Shown piece by piece: positions 41,019-52,339 of a DNA stretch of 64,000 nucleotides. Below the pieces are notes generated by a model, which made no database searches, was not told where the DNA came from, and saw nothing but the letters and a program-made list of their open reading frames with translations. The stretch comes from an uncultured Planctomycetota bacterium (lineage in GTDB: Bacteria > Planctomycetota > Planctomycetia > Isosphaerales > Isosphaeraceae). How positions within the stretch are numbered: position 1 is the stretch's first letter; every line of letters starts with the position of its first letter. Both the position numbers and the translations under genes were made by a program. The stretch is from contig CAWGMQ010000004.1 of the NCBI GenBank assembly GCA_963823665.1, positions 2,272,001-2,336,000 of the forward strand, given 5' to 3'.

Positions 41019-42956
41019 TTATAGCTTGGGCATCTCGGGCGGTTTGGCCATTTGGGCTGGCTTGTTTTTTTGTGCAGCCGCCGCGTTGTCGTTACGTCGA
41101 GGTCTTGGCTGAACATAGGATTCTACCCACTTGAAACCTAATGGGTCTTTCACTTCACGTTCAGCCAGAAGTGCCCAAGGAGTCGTGGGGTGGTCTTCGA
41201 TAACCCGGCGCAAGAGTGATTGAGCCTCACGGGCGGCAACGACTGCCTTCTCGCTGTATTGAATATTCGCATCCGGAACGAGCCGCCAAGCGTTGAATTT
41301 CGGACTGCTGAATTTGGGCGGATCCTTCTTCATGCGGGCGCAAGCGTAGTTGTATTCGTAACAACGCACCTTCATGGCCAGGAGTCGCCCGCGAATCAGG
41401 TCGTAATGCGCCTGCCAGCGCCTGGAAATCTCGCGGTCTCGGAGCTTGGCCACCGAATTGATCGGGACGAGTGCTTCGTCGACTGTATAAGCAGTTCGCT
41501 CGGCAATACCTTGATTCAGAGCCATTACGTCCTTGAATTCGGGAGCATCCGCGGGCGGAAAATACAGAGTTGGCATGGCAGGAAGTTTCTGCTGAGTAAT
41601 CTGCGCTGCGTTCAAAACTGCCCGGCGCAACGGTGATTCAGCAATTCTTTTGTCGTAGTCTGCTTTTCGGTCCCAATCAGGCTTGTACTCCCGCATCCTC
41701 GAAGGGTCAAATCCCATACGGCGAGAATCAAACCTCGTAACAAAATAGATTCCTCCGGTTGCACTCGCCAGTCTGCTCAAGGCGTATGGACCGAACCCGG
41801 CCTCGACAATCTCGTATTGAAGACCACCGTACCAGAATGGAAGACGGATCTGCTCGAGCATCACGCTCTCAGGGCCTTGTTTCACTGGCACACCGCGGAA
41901 GACTTGCTTGGTCTTCGGATCAACGTAATCTACGTAGCCAAGTTCACGGCCAAACACTGCTTGCGAGCCAAGTACGTACACCGGCACCTTGGCTCTTTGT
42001 GCTAGTGCAATCGAATCCTCTAAGCGATTCTCATCGTCGCCAATCTCGTCGGTCACAACGATAATCATCGTGTGGTAAGCCTGGTTATTGGCACCTTTGA
42101 ATCGGCCCCAGTGGTTGACGATCTCGGCGACCGTCGTGAAGGTTGTTTCAACCCCTGACGTGTCTAACGCGACATTTTGGATCGCTCCGATGATCTCCGA
42201 GCGCTCCGCAGTTGGTTTGGCCAGAAGTGTATGCCGGTCTTGCCCGAAGCTCAGAACCATCGTGAGCAACCCGCTGTCATCCGACAAGTGGTTCTCGTCG
42301 AGCTGGTTGATGTGGGTATAGACCGTATCGATGTGTTTGCTAAGCCGCTGTCGCTCGGCCAGCAGACTTCCGGATGCGTCAAACGCCCAGACAACCAGTG
42401 TGCGTCCTTGCTCCAAGTGCCGCAGAATCTCAATTGCAATTCGATCGACCGCTCCTTCAACACCACCGACAAACTCAGCACCATTGCCTCGAATCGAGAT
42501 GGTTTGTCCAAGCATTGTCGCCGTGGGAACAATCAATTCAGTTGCGTGCCGAACATCGAGCTTGACGAGCTCTGGTGCCGCTCCACCCACCTGAGTTGAA
42601 GAAGCAGCAGTACTCTGTACAACCCCGGCTGAGCTTGGCGCAGTGGTGACTGTCGGTGCCAGAGTTGGTGCAAATGACCCCGCAGCAGCAACAGTTGCGG
42701 GCGGATTGGCGCTCTGGTCAAGATCCTGAAACGTCGAATCCGACGACGGCATCAGGTTATCTACCACATTAGCTTGAAACTCGCGATTCGCCTCTTGGTG
42801 TACCCGGTAACCTGCGAACGCGAGGCAGACGAGCAAAATACCATGCATCGTCAGGCTTACTAGAAATGCTGGTAACTCGACCTCGAGCCGTCCACCTAAC
42901 CAGGTCGACAACCAGGGAAATCGAGCTTGGAGATCGCGAAACAGATCGCCAAACAC
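41019..42956 (-). CDS. Membrane-anchored vWA domain protein with TonB-like S-x3-H anchor (paralogue B)
   Basis: TM SLTMHGILLVCL; MIDAS VWAFDASGSL, VETT, VTDEIGDD; LASATGGIYF. Confidence 0.85.
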   Translation of the reverse strand: MFGDLFRDLQARFPWLSTWLGGRLEVELPAFLVSLTMHGILLVCLAFAGYRVHQEANREFQANVVDNLMPSSDSTFQDLDQSANPPATVAAAGSFAPTLAPTVTTAPSSAGVVQSTAASSTQVGGAAPELVKLDVRHATELIVPTATMLGQTISIRGNGAEFVGGVEGAVDRIAIEILRHLEQGRTLVVWAFDASGSLLAERQRLSKHIDTVYTHINQLDENHLSDDSGLLTMVLSFGQDRHTLLAKPTAERSEIIGAIQNVALDTSGVETTFTTVAEIVNHWGRFKGANNQAYHTMIIVVTDEIGDDENRLEDSIALAQRAKVPVYVLGSQAVFGRELGYVDYVDPKTKQVFRGVPVKQGPESVMLEQIRLPFWYGGLQYEIVEAGFGPYALSRLASATGGIYFVTRFDSRRMGFDPSRMREYKPDWDRKADYDKRIAESPLRRAVLNAAQITQQKLPAMPTLYFPPADAPEFKDVMALNQGIAERTAYTVDEALVPINSVAKLRDREISRRWQAHYDLIRGRLLAMKVRCYEYNYACARMKKDPPKFSSPKFNAWRLVPDANIQYSEKAVVAAREAQSLLRRVIEDHPTTPWALLAEREVKDPLGFKWVESYVQPRPRRNDNAAAAQKNKPAQMAKPPEMPKL

Positions 42957-43306
42957 CGTTTCATGCTCCTTGGTCGTTTCCGTAGCCAGTCACAATCGAC
43001 GCATTCATAGCGGTGAGCGGGCTCTCTATCCTAGTATCCTGGCTAGACCGTAAAATTGCCAGGTTTTGTTGGCTTTGAATTCGATGGGAAGGTCTAACAA
43101 ATATTCCGGGCAAAGTGGTTGGAAAGCAGTATCAAATCTGCGCAGTGTCCCCTTTGATTGTACTCTATTGGAATCCCTGCGTGACAGCTCTCTTGCTGGC
43201 ATTCGACAATGAATTCACCCGCAACGTCCTGGTGCAAAACGTTCAGCAAACTCTGATGTAGATCTTCTGAACGACCTCGCGTGCTCCAGAATCTTGTGAA
43301 TCCTCG

Positions 43307-43876
43307 CTAGCGTGGAACTGGCATCCCGCACTCTCGGCAGTTATCAGCGCTCAGGTGGAGGGGCTTCTTGCATCGTGGGCAAGTCCGCAAGCCGGTCTCG
43401 AATTTAACCACGGATGCTTGTGGCATCATACTGGGCGGCACGTTCAGCACTTCGTCGTCGTCATTTGCTGCCGGCCCAGTCGCTGCCGGATCAGCTTCCG
43501 CCTGAATCGCCCTTGCTAGGTGCCGTGCAGACCATTTCTCAAGCTCGGCGAGATCGTCAACATCGAGATCTTCCGTTCGTGTATCGGCGTCTCTGTTTGC
43601 GGTTGGCTTCAATGTCCCAGATGCCGATGTCGGCACCGGTACAACCCGCCCACAGTCGGGACATTTACCCGCCTTGGGTTGACTCTCCACCGGTACCTTC
43701 AACCGGCGCCCACAAGGGCACAGAAAGCGGATAAATCCATCTCCGCCTAAGTCAGTTGTCTTTAACTTCGGTCGGCGCAGCCGAATTCGTGTGCCACACC
43801 GAGTACAATCCATATGCTCTGGACTCTCGGGCGGGATCTTCAGCTTTTCGCCACATCGGCACGTAACCCGGGGCAT
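43307..43876 (-). CDS. Triple zinc-ribbon protein
   Basis: CRCG..CTRCG, CPCG..CPDCG and CPRC..CRECG cysteine pairs. Confidence 0.8.
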   Translation of the reverse strand: MPRVTCRCGEKLKIPPESPEHMDCTRCGTRIRLRRPKLKTTDLGGDGFIRFLCPCGRRLKVPVESQPKAGKCPDCGRVVPVPTSASGTLKPTANRDADTRTEDLDVDDLAELEKWSARHLARAIQAEADPAATGPAANDDDEVLNVPPSMMPQASVVKFETGLRTCPRCKKPLHLSADNCRECGMPVPR

Positions 43877-43952
43877 CAGAGGACGCTGGTGCTTTCTGAC
43901 TGTCTCTCGTGGGGGCCAACCGAAAAGTAAACTCGCGAATGGGTCTTATCCA

Positions 43953-44843
43953 TTAGCTGTGTGCACCCGATATCTTCGCTCGACCAGTACCACGCAGCAA
44001 GTCTTCCACCGGGATGACACTGTTCAGACTACCCGAGCGAAATCCTTCCAGATCGATTGTGACGAACTTAAAACCCAAGGTGCGAAACGCAGGCAGTAAC
44101 TCGCCGCGCAGCTCAAGTTCAACGAAACGCGGCAAATCATCGAGCGGAACCTCGATTCGAGCTAGATCGCCCTTGTGGTAACGCACGCGCAAGATGTGAA
44201 ACCCTCGACTGCGCAACCACTGCTCCGCTTGATCAATCATTCGGTTGCGCTCTGGAGTTGCCTCTTCACCATACGCTATCCGGCTCGAAAGGCACGGAGT
44301 TGCCGGCTTGTCCCAGGTCGGAAGACCCCAGGCAAACGCTAGTGCACGGACATCGGCCTTCGTAAACCCACACTCCTGGAGGGGATGCCGTACCCCATGC
44401 TCAGAAGCGGCCTTCAAACCCGGTCGATAGTCACCCATATCGTCGAGATTGGCCCCAGAGGCGATCACATCGGCCCCCAGTTCTTCGAGCAACGATTCGA
44501 GTTGCCCGTATAACTCGCTCTTGCAGAAGTAACATCGATCGGGATTATTTCGGCGATAGGCTGGATTCGAGAATTCCTCGGTGCGAATGACTCGGTGGCG
44601 AATACCAATTCTGCGAGCAAGCTCTTCAGCCTCTCCAAGCTCCCCCGCAGCCAAACTTTCAGACACGGCAGTAACGGCAACTGCATTATCCCCCAATGCC
44701 TCGAAAGCGGCTTGCGCGACGACCGTGCTATCAATTCCTCCCGAAAAAGCCACCGCCACCCTGCTGTAGGTGCGAATTGTATCGATCAATTGATCGCGCT
44801 GGGAGATGAGCAACGAACTGGTTTCAGTCCACTTGATGGACAA
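43953..44843 (-). CDS. larE: ATP-dependent sulfur insertase LarE (PP-loop; TIGR00268-like)
   Basis: VAFSGGIDS, RCYFCK, DDMGDYRPG, WDKPATPCLSSRIAYGE, RVRYH, DLEGFRSGSLN. TTG at 44843 follows a GAGGTGG RBS. Confidence 0.92.
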   Translation of the reverse strand: MSIKWTETSSLLISQRDQLIDTIRTYSRVAVAFSGGIDSTVVAQAAFEALGDNAVAVTAVSESLAAGELGEAEELARRIGIRHRVIRTEEFSNPAYRRNNPDRCYFCKSELYGQLESLLEELGADVIASGANLDDMGDYRPGLKAASEHGVRHPLQECGFTKADVRALAFAWGLPTWDKPATPCLSSRIAYGEEATPERNRMIDQAEQWLRSRGFHILRVRYHKGDLARIEVPLDDLPRFVELELRGELLPAFRTLGFKFVTIDLEGFRSGSLNSVIPVEDLLRGTGRAKISGAHS

Positions 44844-45002
44844 GGTCCACCTCTTTCGATCGAGGCCAAAGTCAGTCTGTTTTACGTGGAGAACCCCATC
44901 GTGCGCTCCCCCATTGTATGAGTGCTTATGGCCAAGCTCAAGCTCGGAGAAACAACGCACGAAAACCAACGAACCCGTACTTGGTTGCTCGAAACGTGCT
45001 GG

Positions 45003-45794
45003 CTATGGATCAAGCTGGGAAACATTGACTCCGCGGGACGGCGACGTACCGGGATCATTAATGCCAACTTCCGCCGATGATTGACCCAGTTGGTGCCGCA
45101 GAATCTCACCTTCCTTCAAGTACACAACCGACTCAGCAATTTTGGCTGCATGATCTGCGATACGCTCTAGATTTCGAGCCGTGTTGACGAGCCGAAGCCA
45201 GGTGTTTATCCGCTCGGGTTTACGAATAATCTCAATCTTGAGCTGCTTTTGAACGGCGCGGTAATCTAGGTCAACTTGGCGATCAGCGGCAATGACAGCG
45301 TGTGCGCGTACAACGTTAGACTGGGTTAGCGCATCCAAACTATCACGAATCTGAGAAAGGGCAGAGACCGCAAGGTTTTCCAAAGGCTGTGGAATGGGAA
45401 ACGCCTCGGGATCGCTGGAGAGTTTTTTAACCCGTTTGGCGATATGCCGAGCGAGATCACAGAGTCGTTCAAGGTCTCCGTTAATCTTCAGAATTGTTGT
45501 GACGCGTCGGAGGTCGGATGCAACCGGTTGATGCAAGGCCAACACTCGCACACACTCACGTTCAATTTGAACTTCCCAGCGGTCCATCGCATGCTTCTGA
45601 TGCTTGAGTTCTTCGGCCAGTTCAACTCGCCCGTCGCAGATCGCGTGAATGCTCCGATTCAAGGCGTCTTCAACGACCGCCGCCAGCTTGAGCACCTCGG
45701 CCCAGAGCCCTTCCATATCCCGTAAAAAACTGCGGCCAAGCGTGACCCGCTCGTTATCCCAACTGGAATCGACCGCTCTGTGTTCAATCGACAT
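45003..45794 (-). CDS. phoU: Phosphate signalling protein PhoU
   Basis: LALHQPVASDLR, DLERLCDLA, DRQVD, RNLERIADHA..IAE.VVYL..G..LRH. Confidence 0.95.
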   Translation of the reverse strand: MSIEHRAVDSSWDNERVTLGRSFLRDMEGLWAEVLKLAAVVEDALNRSIHAICDGRVELAEELKHQKHAMDRWEVQIERECVRVLALHQPVASDLRRVTTILKINGDLERLCDLARHIAKRVKKLSSDPEAFPIPQPLENLAVSALSQIRDSLDALTQSNVVRAHAVIAADRQVDLDYRAVQKQLKIEIIRKPERINTWLRLVNTARNLERIADHAAKIAESVVYLKEGEILRHQLGQSSAEVGINDPGTSPSRGVNVSQLDP

Positions 45795-46026
45795 CGCTGC
45801 GATTCTAGTCCTATCGGTCTATTACATGGGGCTCGACGTTCTTGAATGGGTTCATGATCGTCGGTCGAGTCGTGGCTGTTATTAGACCGTCAAGCAATAG
45901 CTGAACATTCTCCTTGACGCAGATTACGGGGTGACAAATTCAGCTTATTTCATCGAAACCTGTCGAACAACCTTAGAATCGCTAAATACACAAGAAATTC
46001 ATGATCCTCGAATGGGAGAGAGCAGC

Positions 46027-48474
46027 TCAATAGTTGCTGCCACGGAGTGGTGGTCCGTATCCGTGCAGAGGCAACCAGTAGGTATCTGTTGGCACATTGT
46101 CGCCAGGTCGGTAGTAGCCAAGATCATACTGAGCTTCCCAGGGAGGATCCATGATAACGTTATAGGGCAACGCTGCGATCTGGAAAGCAAACAAACCGGC
46201 AGAGAAGAATGGCTGCAGAATCTGATTCCGTTGCGTTGATTGGGTGGGGTCGTCGAGCGGGTACGTGAAATACCGGCCAACTGGCCCCAAGAATTGCTCG
46301 ACGCTGTGTCCATAGCGTTCCAGAACTGGATCCTGGAAGTACAAGGGAAGGTGACAGGTGGCCGCCGCCGCCCAGTACTTGCGCTGAGCCGCCCAAGTAC
46401 GCGGGGGGAGCGGAACCCAATCTTCAGGAACGGGAATCGCTTTGATTGGCCGGGCCTCTGCGGGACTGGGTGCGCGGCTGATATCAAGCTGGGTTTGAGA
46501 TCGCAGATCGGAACCGATCGTGTCAGTCCGGCGGTTAGCTGGTTGTGCTTGTGCTTGTACTTGCTGTCTGCGTCGCAGATCATCCTCCTGCTGGCGAACA
46601 ATCATCTCGACCTCTCGCTTCAATTCTGGACGAAGGGTCGACGCAGGGTTTGGACGACTAGGAATAAAGGTATCCGACCTGCCAGGTAAAGTTGGCGGAT
46701 TCTCTATCGCTGGAGGAGCTGAGGAGGAATCCTCATTTGACTCGACGGCCACTGAAGCATCGCTCGTAAGCGGTGGTGTTGCTACAGGTGAGACTGTTTG
46801 AGTGGATTCTTTGATATGCGGTGAAGTAGGTTGCGATGCCTCCGCTGCATCCGGAAGAGTCGGGTTGGACGGTGAAGCGTCTGAATTCGTGCTCGGTTGT
46901 GCCATGGATCCGTCTTGTCCCCCAACGGGCGCAGCTACGGACGGAGATTGTATGGCATTCGGTATCTGGCTATTGAGCGCACGTGATTCCCGGCCGCTTG
47001 AATCATCCGGAAGTGCCGGCAGATCCTGAACAGTGGGTGGAACCGCGGTCGGAGTAACGATCTCGGGTATCATCTCGGGTGCTGGCACTGGCGCATCATG
47101 ACCTTGTCGAGCGGCATTACTGACGTCGTCTGGTAAAGGTGGCAACTCGTTCTCACCCATGGCACTCGGGTTTGTCGATGTATTGGGAACTGTTATCGGG
47201 GCTAAAATCTGCTTTTGGGAATCGGTAAACTCGGGCTTGGTACCTAGATCAGTCGGTAGAGGAGGCAGATCGTCTGTGGATGGCGATGACCTCGATGTCG
47301 ACTGAGACAACATGGTCGGTGCTGGTGAAGCACTTTCCTGCCTGGGTATTGGCGCCGCGCTTGTTTCCTCGGATTCCTTGTGAGCAAGAGTGGTTGAATC
47401 ATCCTGACTTGTAGTTTGAGCGGCTGGTGGAACCGCGGGCGTCGTCTCCAGCTCGAACACCGGAGGAGCAGGAGTATCCTTGGGGACATCATCAACGGTA
47501 GCCGGTTGTGTCAATGTGCTCGCACTCGGGCTCGACACAACTTGCGGCGTAGGAGCAAGTGCCGATACACGAGATACAGGCGTATCTTGCCTGGGCACCG
47601 GTTGTACCTGAGGCTGATCGATCATTTGCTCCGATAAATGTTCGTTGATCTCACCTGGATTCTTGTCGAGTTCACCTGGTGAACCATCAGTCTCGTTCTG
47701 TTTCTGTACAAGTTGCGGGATTTTAGGAATGTCAGGAAGCGGTCTTGGTCCCTCCGAATCGTGAGGAACGGTTGAGGGATTACTACCGGTCTGACTCGAT
47801 TGAGAGCGCTGGATTTTGGGAGCTCGAGTTGCTTGATCCTGAGTTGCCATTGGTCAGCAGGATCGGCTCTCCTTGATCATCAGTATTATTGCCTGGGGGA
47901 TTGGTTAAACCGCCTGATAAACCATGTACAGACTTCGACGGCAGCTTTTGAAGGCGGTCGGGATTGGTCTCATGAGCTACAAAAGCTTCGGCCTTAGCTG
48001 GGCTGAAGCCGCTACGATTGCGTGACCGCTCGCTAAGAGCATACGGTGATTCAGCACCGGCAGCTTGGCGCAATCCGCGCTTGCGCTCTCAATGCCGTTT
48101 TGAAGCACCTGTTTTTCAGCTTTGGTCAGCTCATCCTTCCTGATTTCTGCTTCTCGCAAAAACTTCAGGGCCCGCTCGTACTCCCTGTAATTCAAGTAAT
48201 CCAGGCCGTTTCGCATCAAGTAACGTGCACCACGTGTGACCGCGACGCCATAGACCTGATCGTCTGGCGATGGACGAGTTTGGCCAGCTCTTGCCGTCCT
48301 GCCGGACGGCTGGGACTGACCGAGTGGCTCGCTACCTGAAGGATTGGATTGCTGAGCTTTGACCGGTGTGGCCGCGAATACGGCCACGAGGACCGCTGTG
48401 GTCATTGCTGGTTTAATGCGACGCAAGCCACGCCTCCTTGCTTTCCTGGGATTTACCTGAATCATCGTCGCCAA
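46027..48474 (-). CDS. Secreted planctomycete-type protein: signal peptide, TPR-like helices, long Pro/Ser/Thr linker, conserved C-terminal domain; two compensating frameshifts (about 48082 and about 47850)
   Basis: ORFs 47977..48474 and 46027..47850 share a frame and are bridged by ORF 47783..48073. C-terminal CHLPLYFQDPVLERYGHS..QPFFSAGLF..LPY..YDLGYYRPG motif. Confidence 0.65.
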
Positions 48475-48666
48475 TTCAGGGGTTGGAAGCCCCGTAGGAT
48501 GTGGCGAACTGAGAAAGGGCTGGGTTCAAAACCCAGAATAGAGATGATCTGGCAACATAATGGCGACACCAATCTGTATAGTTTTCCCGAATCGTCAAAC
48601 CATTTTTTCTAACTTTTGTGTAAGTGAACAGTCAGAACGAGCATATCCTGGAAATACTGCTTGATC

Positions 48667-50223
<1,557 letters not shown>

Positions 50224-50460
50224 CTAGGACGTTGTGCTCAATCCTGGTGATAAAACAAGCACCAGAATCGAAAGGTCTACAGCGCGAGATAAACGTGGAA
50301 GTAAGTTCAGAGGCCTTTCCTTGCACATTACACCCGGCGAACGACTTGCTGACAAGGGCGATTCCTCACTGTTCAGACAAGGTGACGAACTTGGCAGTGT
50401 TAGAAACACTCAAGTAACATGGTTTTAGGGAAAGTGCACTAGGTGGAGCGAGACAAGACT

Positions 50461-52326
50461 ATGTCGCGTTACCAGTCTCGAGCCCGATGGCTTGGGCTCA
50501 TTACAGCGGTCGTTGTATTAACGACGAGTAGCATCTGGCTGACCAGGCGTCTTTGGGTCCCCGATCCGCTGATGCCCGGATGGCGAGCGTACTCGGAAGG
50601 CGATTGGGAAAAAGCACTCGAATTGGCGAGAGAGCGATTAAAAGTAAACGGTGATGACATAACAGCCTTACGATTACTAGCGAGGGCATCAATCCGCCTG
50701 GGACGGGATTCCTCGGCCATGGCTGTATACAATAAAATGGGATCAGGCGCGATGACAGCGGAGGATCTATGTCTCCTGGGGATTGCCTTGAATCGTAGCG
50801 GCAACAACAGGGCATTAGAGGTCTGGGAGCAGGCATTTGCCGCTGAGCCGAACCACGCAGAGACGCTTTTTGAGCTAACGCGGGCTTATTCCAAGAACGA
50901 CCGGCTCGATGACGCTGTGAAATCGGCTCGAAAGCTGGGCGAGTGCCCTGGCTGGGAGGGTCAAGCCGATGCACTTCTCGCTACAATTGCACTGGCTCGC
51001 AACAATCCAGATGATGCCATCACCTTCTGGCGAAAAGTTATTGAGCGTAAAGTATCGGAAAGAGGAGGTACCCACACACCAGTCGTGCCGCCGAAAGAGC
51101 TTGCTCGCGCCCTGCTCCAGACCTCCCAACCAACAGCAGCTCGGCGCTATCTTGAGGACGCTTCGCAATCGGAGCCAGACCCGGAGCTTTTCTGGCTTCT
51201 GAGCCGCGCTTACCTACAAGAAGGCATGAAGAGCGAGGCACTGGCTGCGAGCGAAAAGTCCGGCTCATTCCGCGCTGAGAACCCACTTGTTCCAGAGCCA
51301 TCTCCGTTCTCCGGCGCCTCTCGTTGTGCTAACTGCCATTCGGCTGTCTTTCAGACACAGCAAAGCTCACGTCATGCGCACACGTTTTATCGGTCATCGG
51401 AGCTATCCAACCTTTCGCTTCCTCAATCTCCGCTTCCCGACCCTGTTCAAGTAAAGGTGTCCCACAGACTGAAGCACATCGATCCCGATACGATCGAACA
51501 GGAAACCGAGGTCAAGGACCAAATCTACTCCGCGGTCGTGAAATATGCCTTCGGTTCTGGAGATCGTGGGCTCACACTCGTTGGACGCGGGAAGAATGGA
51601 CAGGCATTCGAGTTGAGGCTTTCACAATATCGTCATGGAACGAGCTACCGCTGGGATATAACATCTGGTCATCTCCTCCAACCGGACGAGGCCATACGAT
51701 TTCTGGGTGAGCCACTTACAGAAGACGCAGTTCGGCGCTGCCTGAGCTGTCATGTCACCAGTGCCCGGGCGATTATCACCGACTCGGGCCCAGGAGCGTT
51801 CGACCATGGGATTGCCTGCGAGAAGTGCCATGGTCCCGGGGGGAATCACATACTGGCAGTGCAGGCTGATTTTTTTCCTGACCGGGCAATCATTGATCCG
51901 CGCCAAGCATCGGGCTCGCAGGTAGTTTCGCTTTGTGCCGAGTGTCACAGTCCACGCGGGCGCAGCGTCTCAAAGGATGATCCAGCGGCCGTACGCTTTC
52001 AAGGAACAACACTGACCTGGAGCCGATGCTTCCTTGAAAGTCAGGACGCGCTCGACTGCATGACATGCCACGATCCGCATCGTAACGCAGCCAAGTCACC
52101 GGCTCACTACGAGGAGAAGTGTCTTTCGTGTCACTCCGGTACAGGGCGTACAACTCGCACTGAGCGGTCCCGTTCAAATCTGGAAAGCCTATCCCACACG
52201 CCAGGGCGAAGCGTGTGTCCGGTTAATCCAAAGAAGGACTGCATTGGCTGTCACATGCCCTCGGTCAAAAACGTTGTACCGCACTCGTCGTTCACCGACC
52301 ACTTCATTCGCGTTCATCGAGACTGA
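50461..52326 (+). CDS. Membrane-anchored TPR + multiheme (7 CxxCH) cytochrome c
   Basis: N-terminal TM helix, TPR helices, then CANCH, CLSCH, CEKCH(GPG), CAECH, CMTCH(DPH), CLSCH, CIGCH(MP) and a terminal FTDHFIR. Confidence 0.88.
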   Translation: MSRYQSRARWLGLITAVVVLTTSSIWLTRRLWVPDPLMPGWRAYSEGDWEKALELARERLKVNGDDITALRLLARASIRLGRDSSAMAVYNKMGSGAMTAEDLCLLGIALNRSGNNRALEVWEQAFAAEPNHAETLFELTRAYSKNDRLDDAVKSARKLGECPGWEGQADALLATIALARNNPDDAITFWRKVIERKVSERGGTHTPVVPPKELARALLQTSQPTAARRYLEDASQSEPDPELFWLLSRAYLQEGMKSEALAASEKSGSFRAENPLVPEPSPFSGASRCANCHSAVFQTQQSSRHAHTFYRSSELSNLSLPQSPLPDPVQVKVSHRLKHIDPDTIEQETEVKDQIYSAVVKYAFGSGDRGLTLVGRGKNGQAFELRLSQYRHGTSYRWDITSGHLLQPDEAIRFLGEPLTEDAVRRCLSCHVTSARAIITDSGPGAFDHGIACEKCHGPGGNHILAVQADFFPDRAIIDPRQASGSQVVSLCAECHSPRGRSVSKDDPAAVRFQGTTLTWSRCFLESQDALDCMTCHDPHRNAAKSPAHYEEKCLSCHSGTGRTTRTERSRSNLESLSHTPGRSVCPVNPKKDCIGCHMPSVKNVVPHSSFTDHFIRVHRD

Positions 52327-52339
52327 ATGCACTGAGTCG

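Noticed and set aside
44878..44893. parS-like sequence TGTTTTACGTGGAGAA (also the half-site TGTTTCACG at 23252)
   Set aside because: Three or more mismatches to the TGTTTCACGTGAAACA palindrome, or only a half-site.
45900..45940. Pho box upstream of phoU
   Set aside because: The GTCAC/GTCAA half-sites are 17 bp apart, not the 11-bp direct-repeat spacing.
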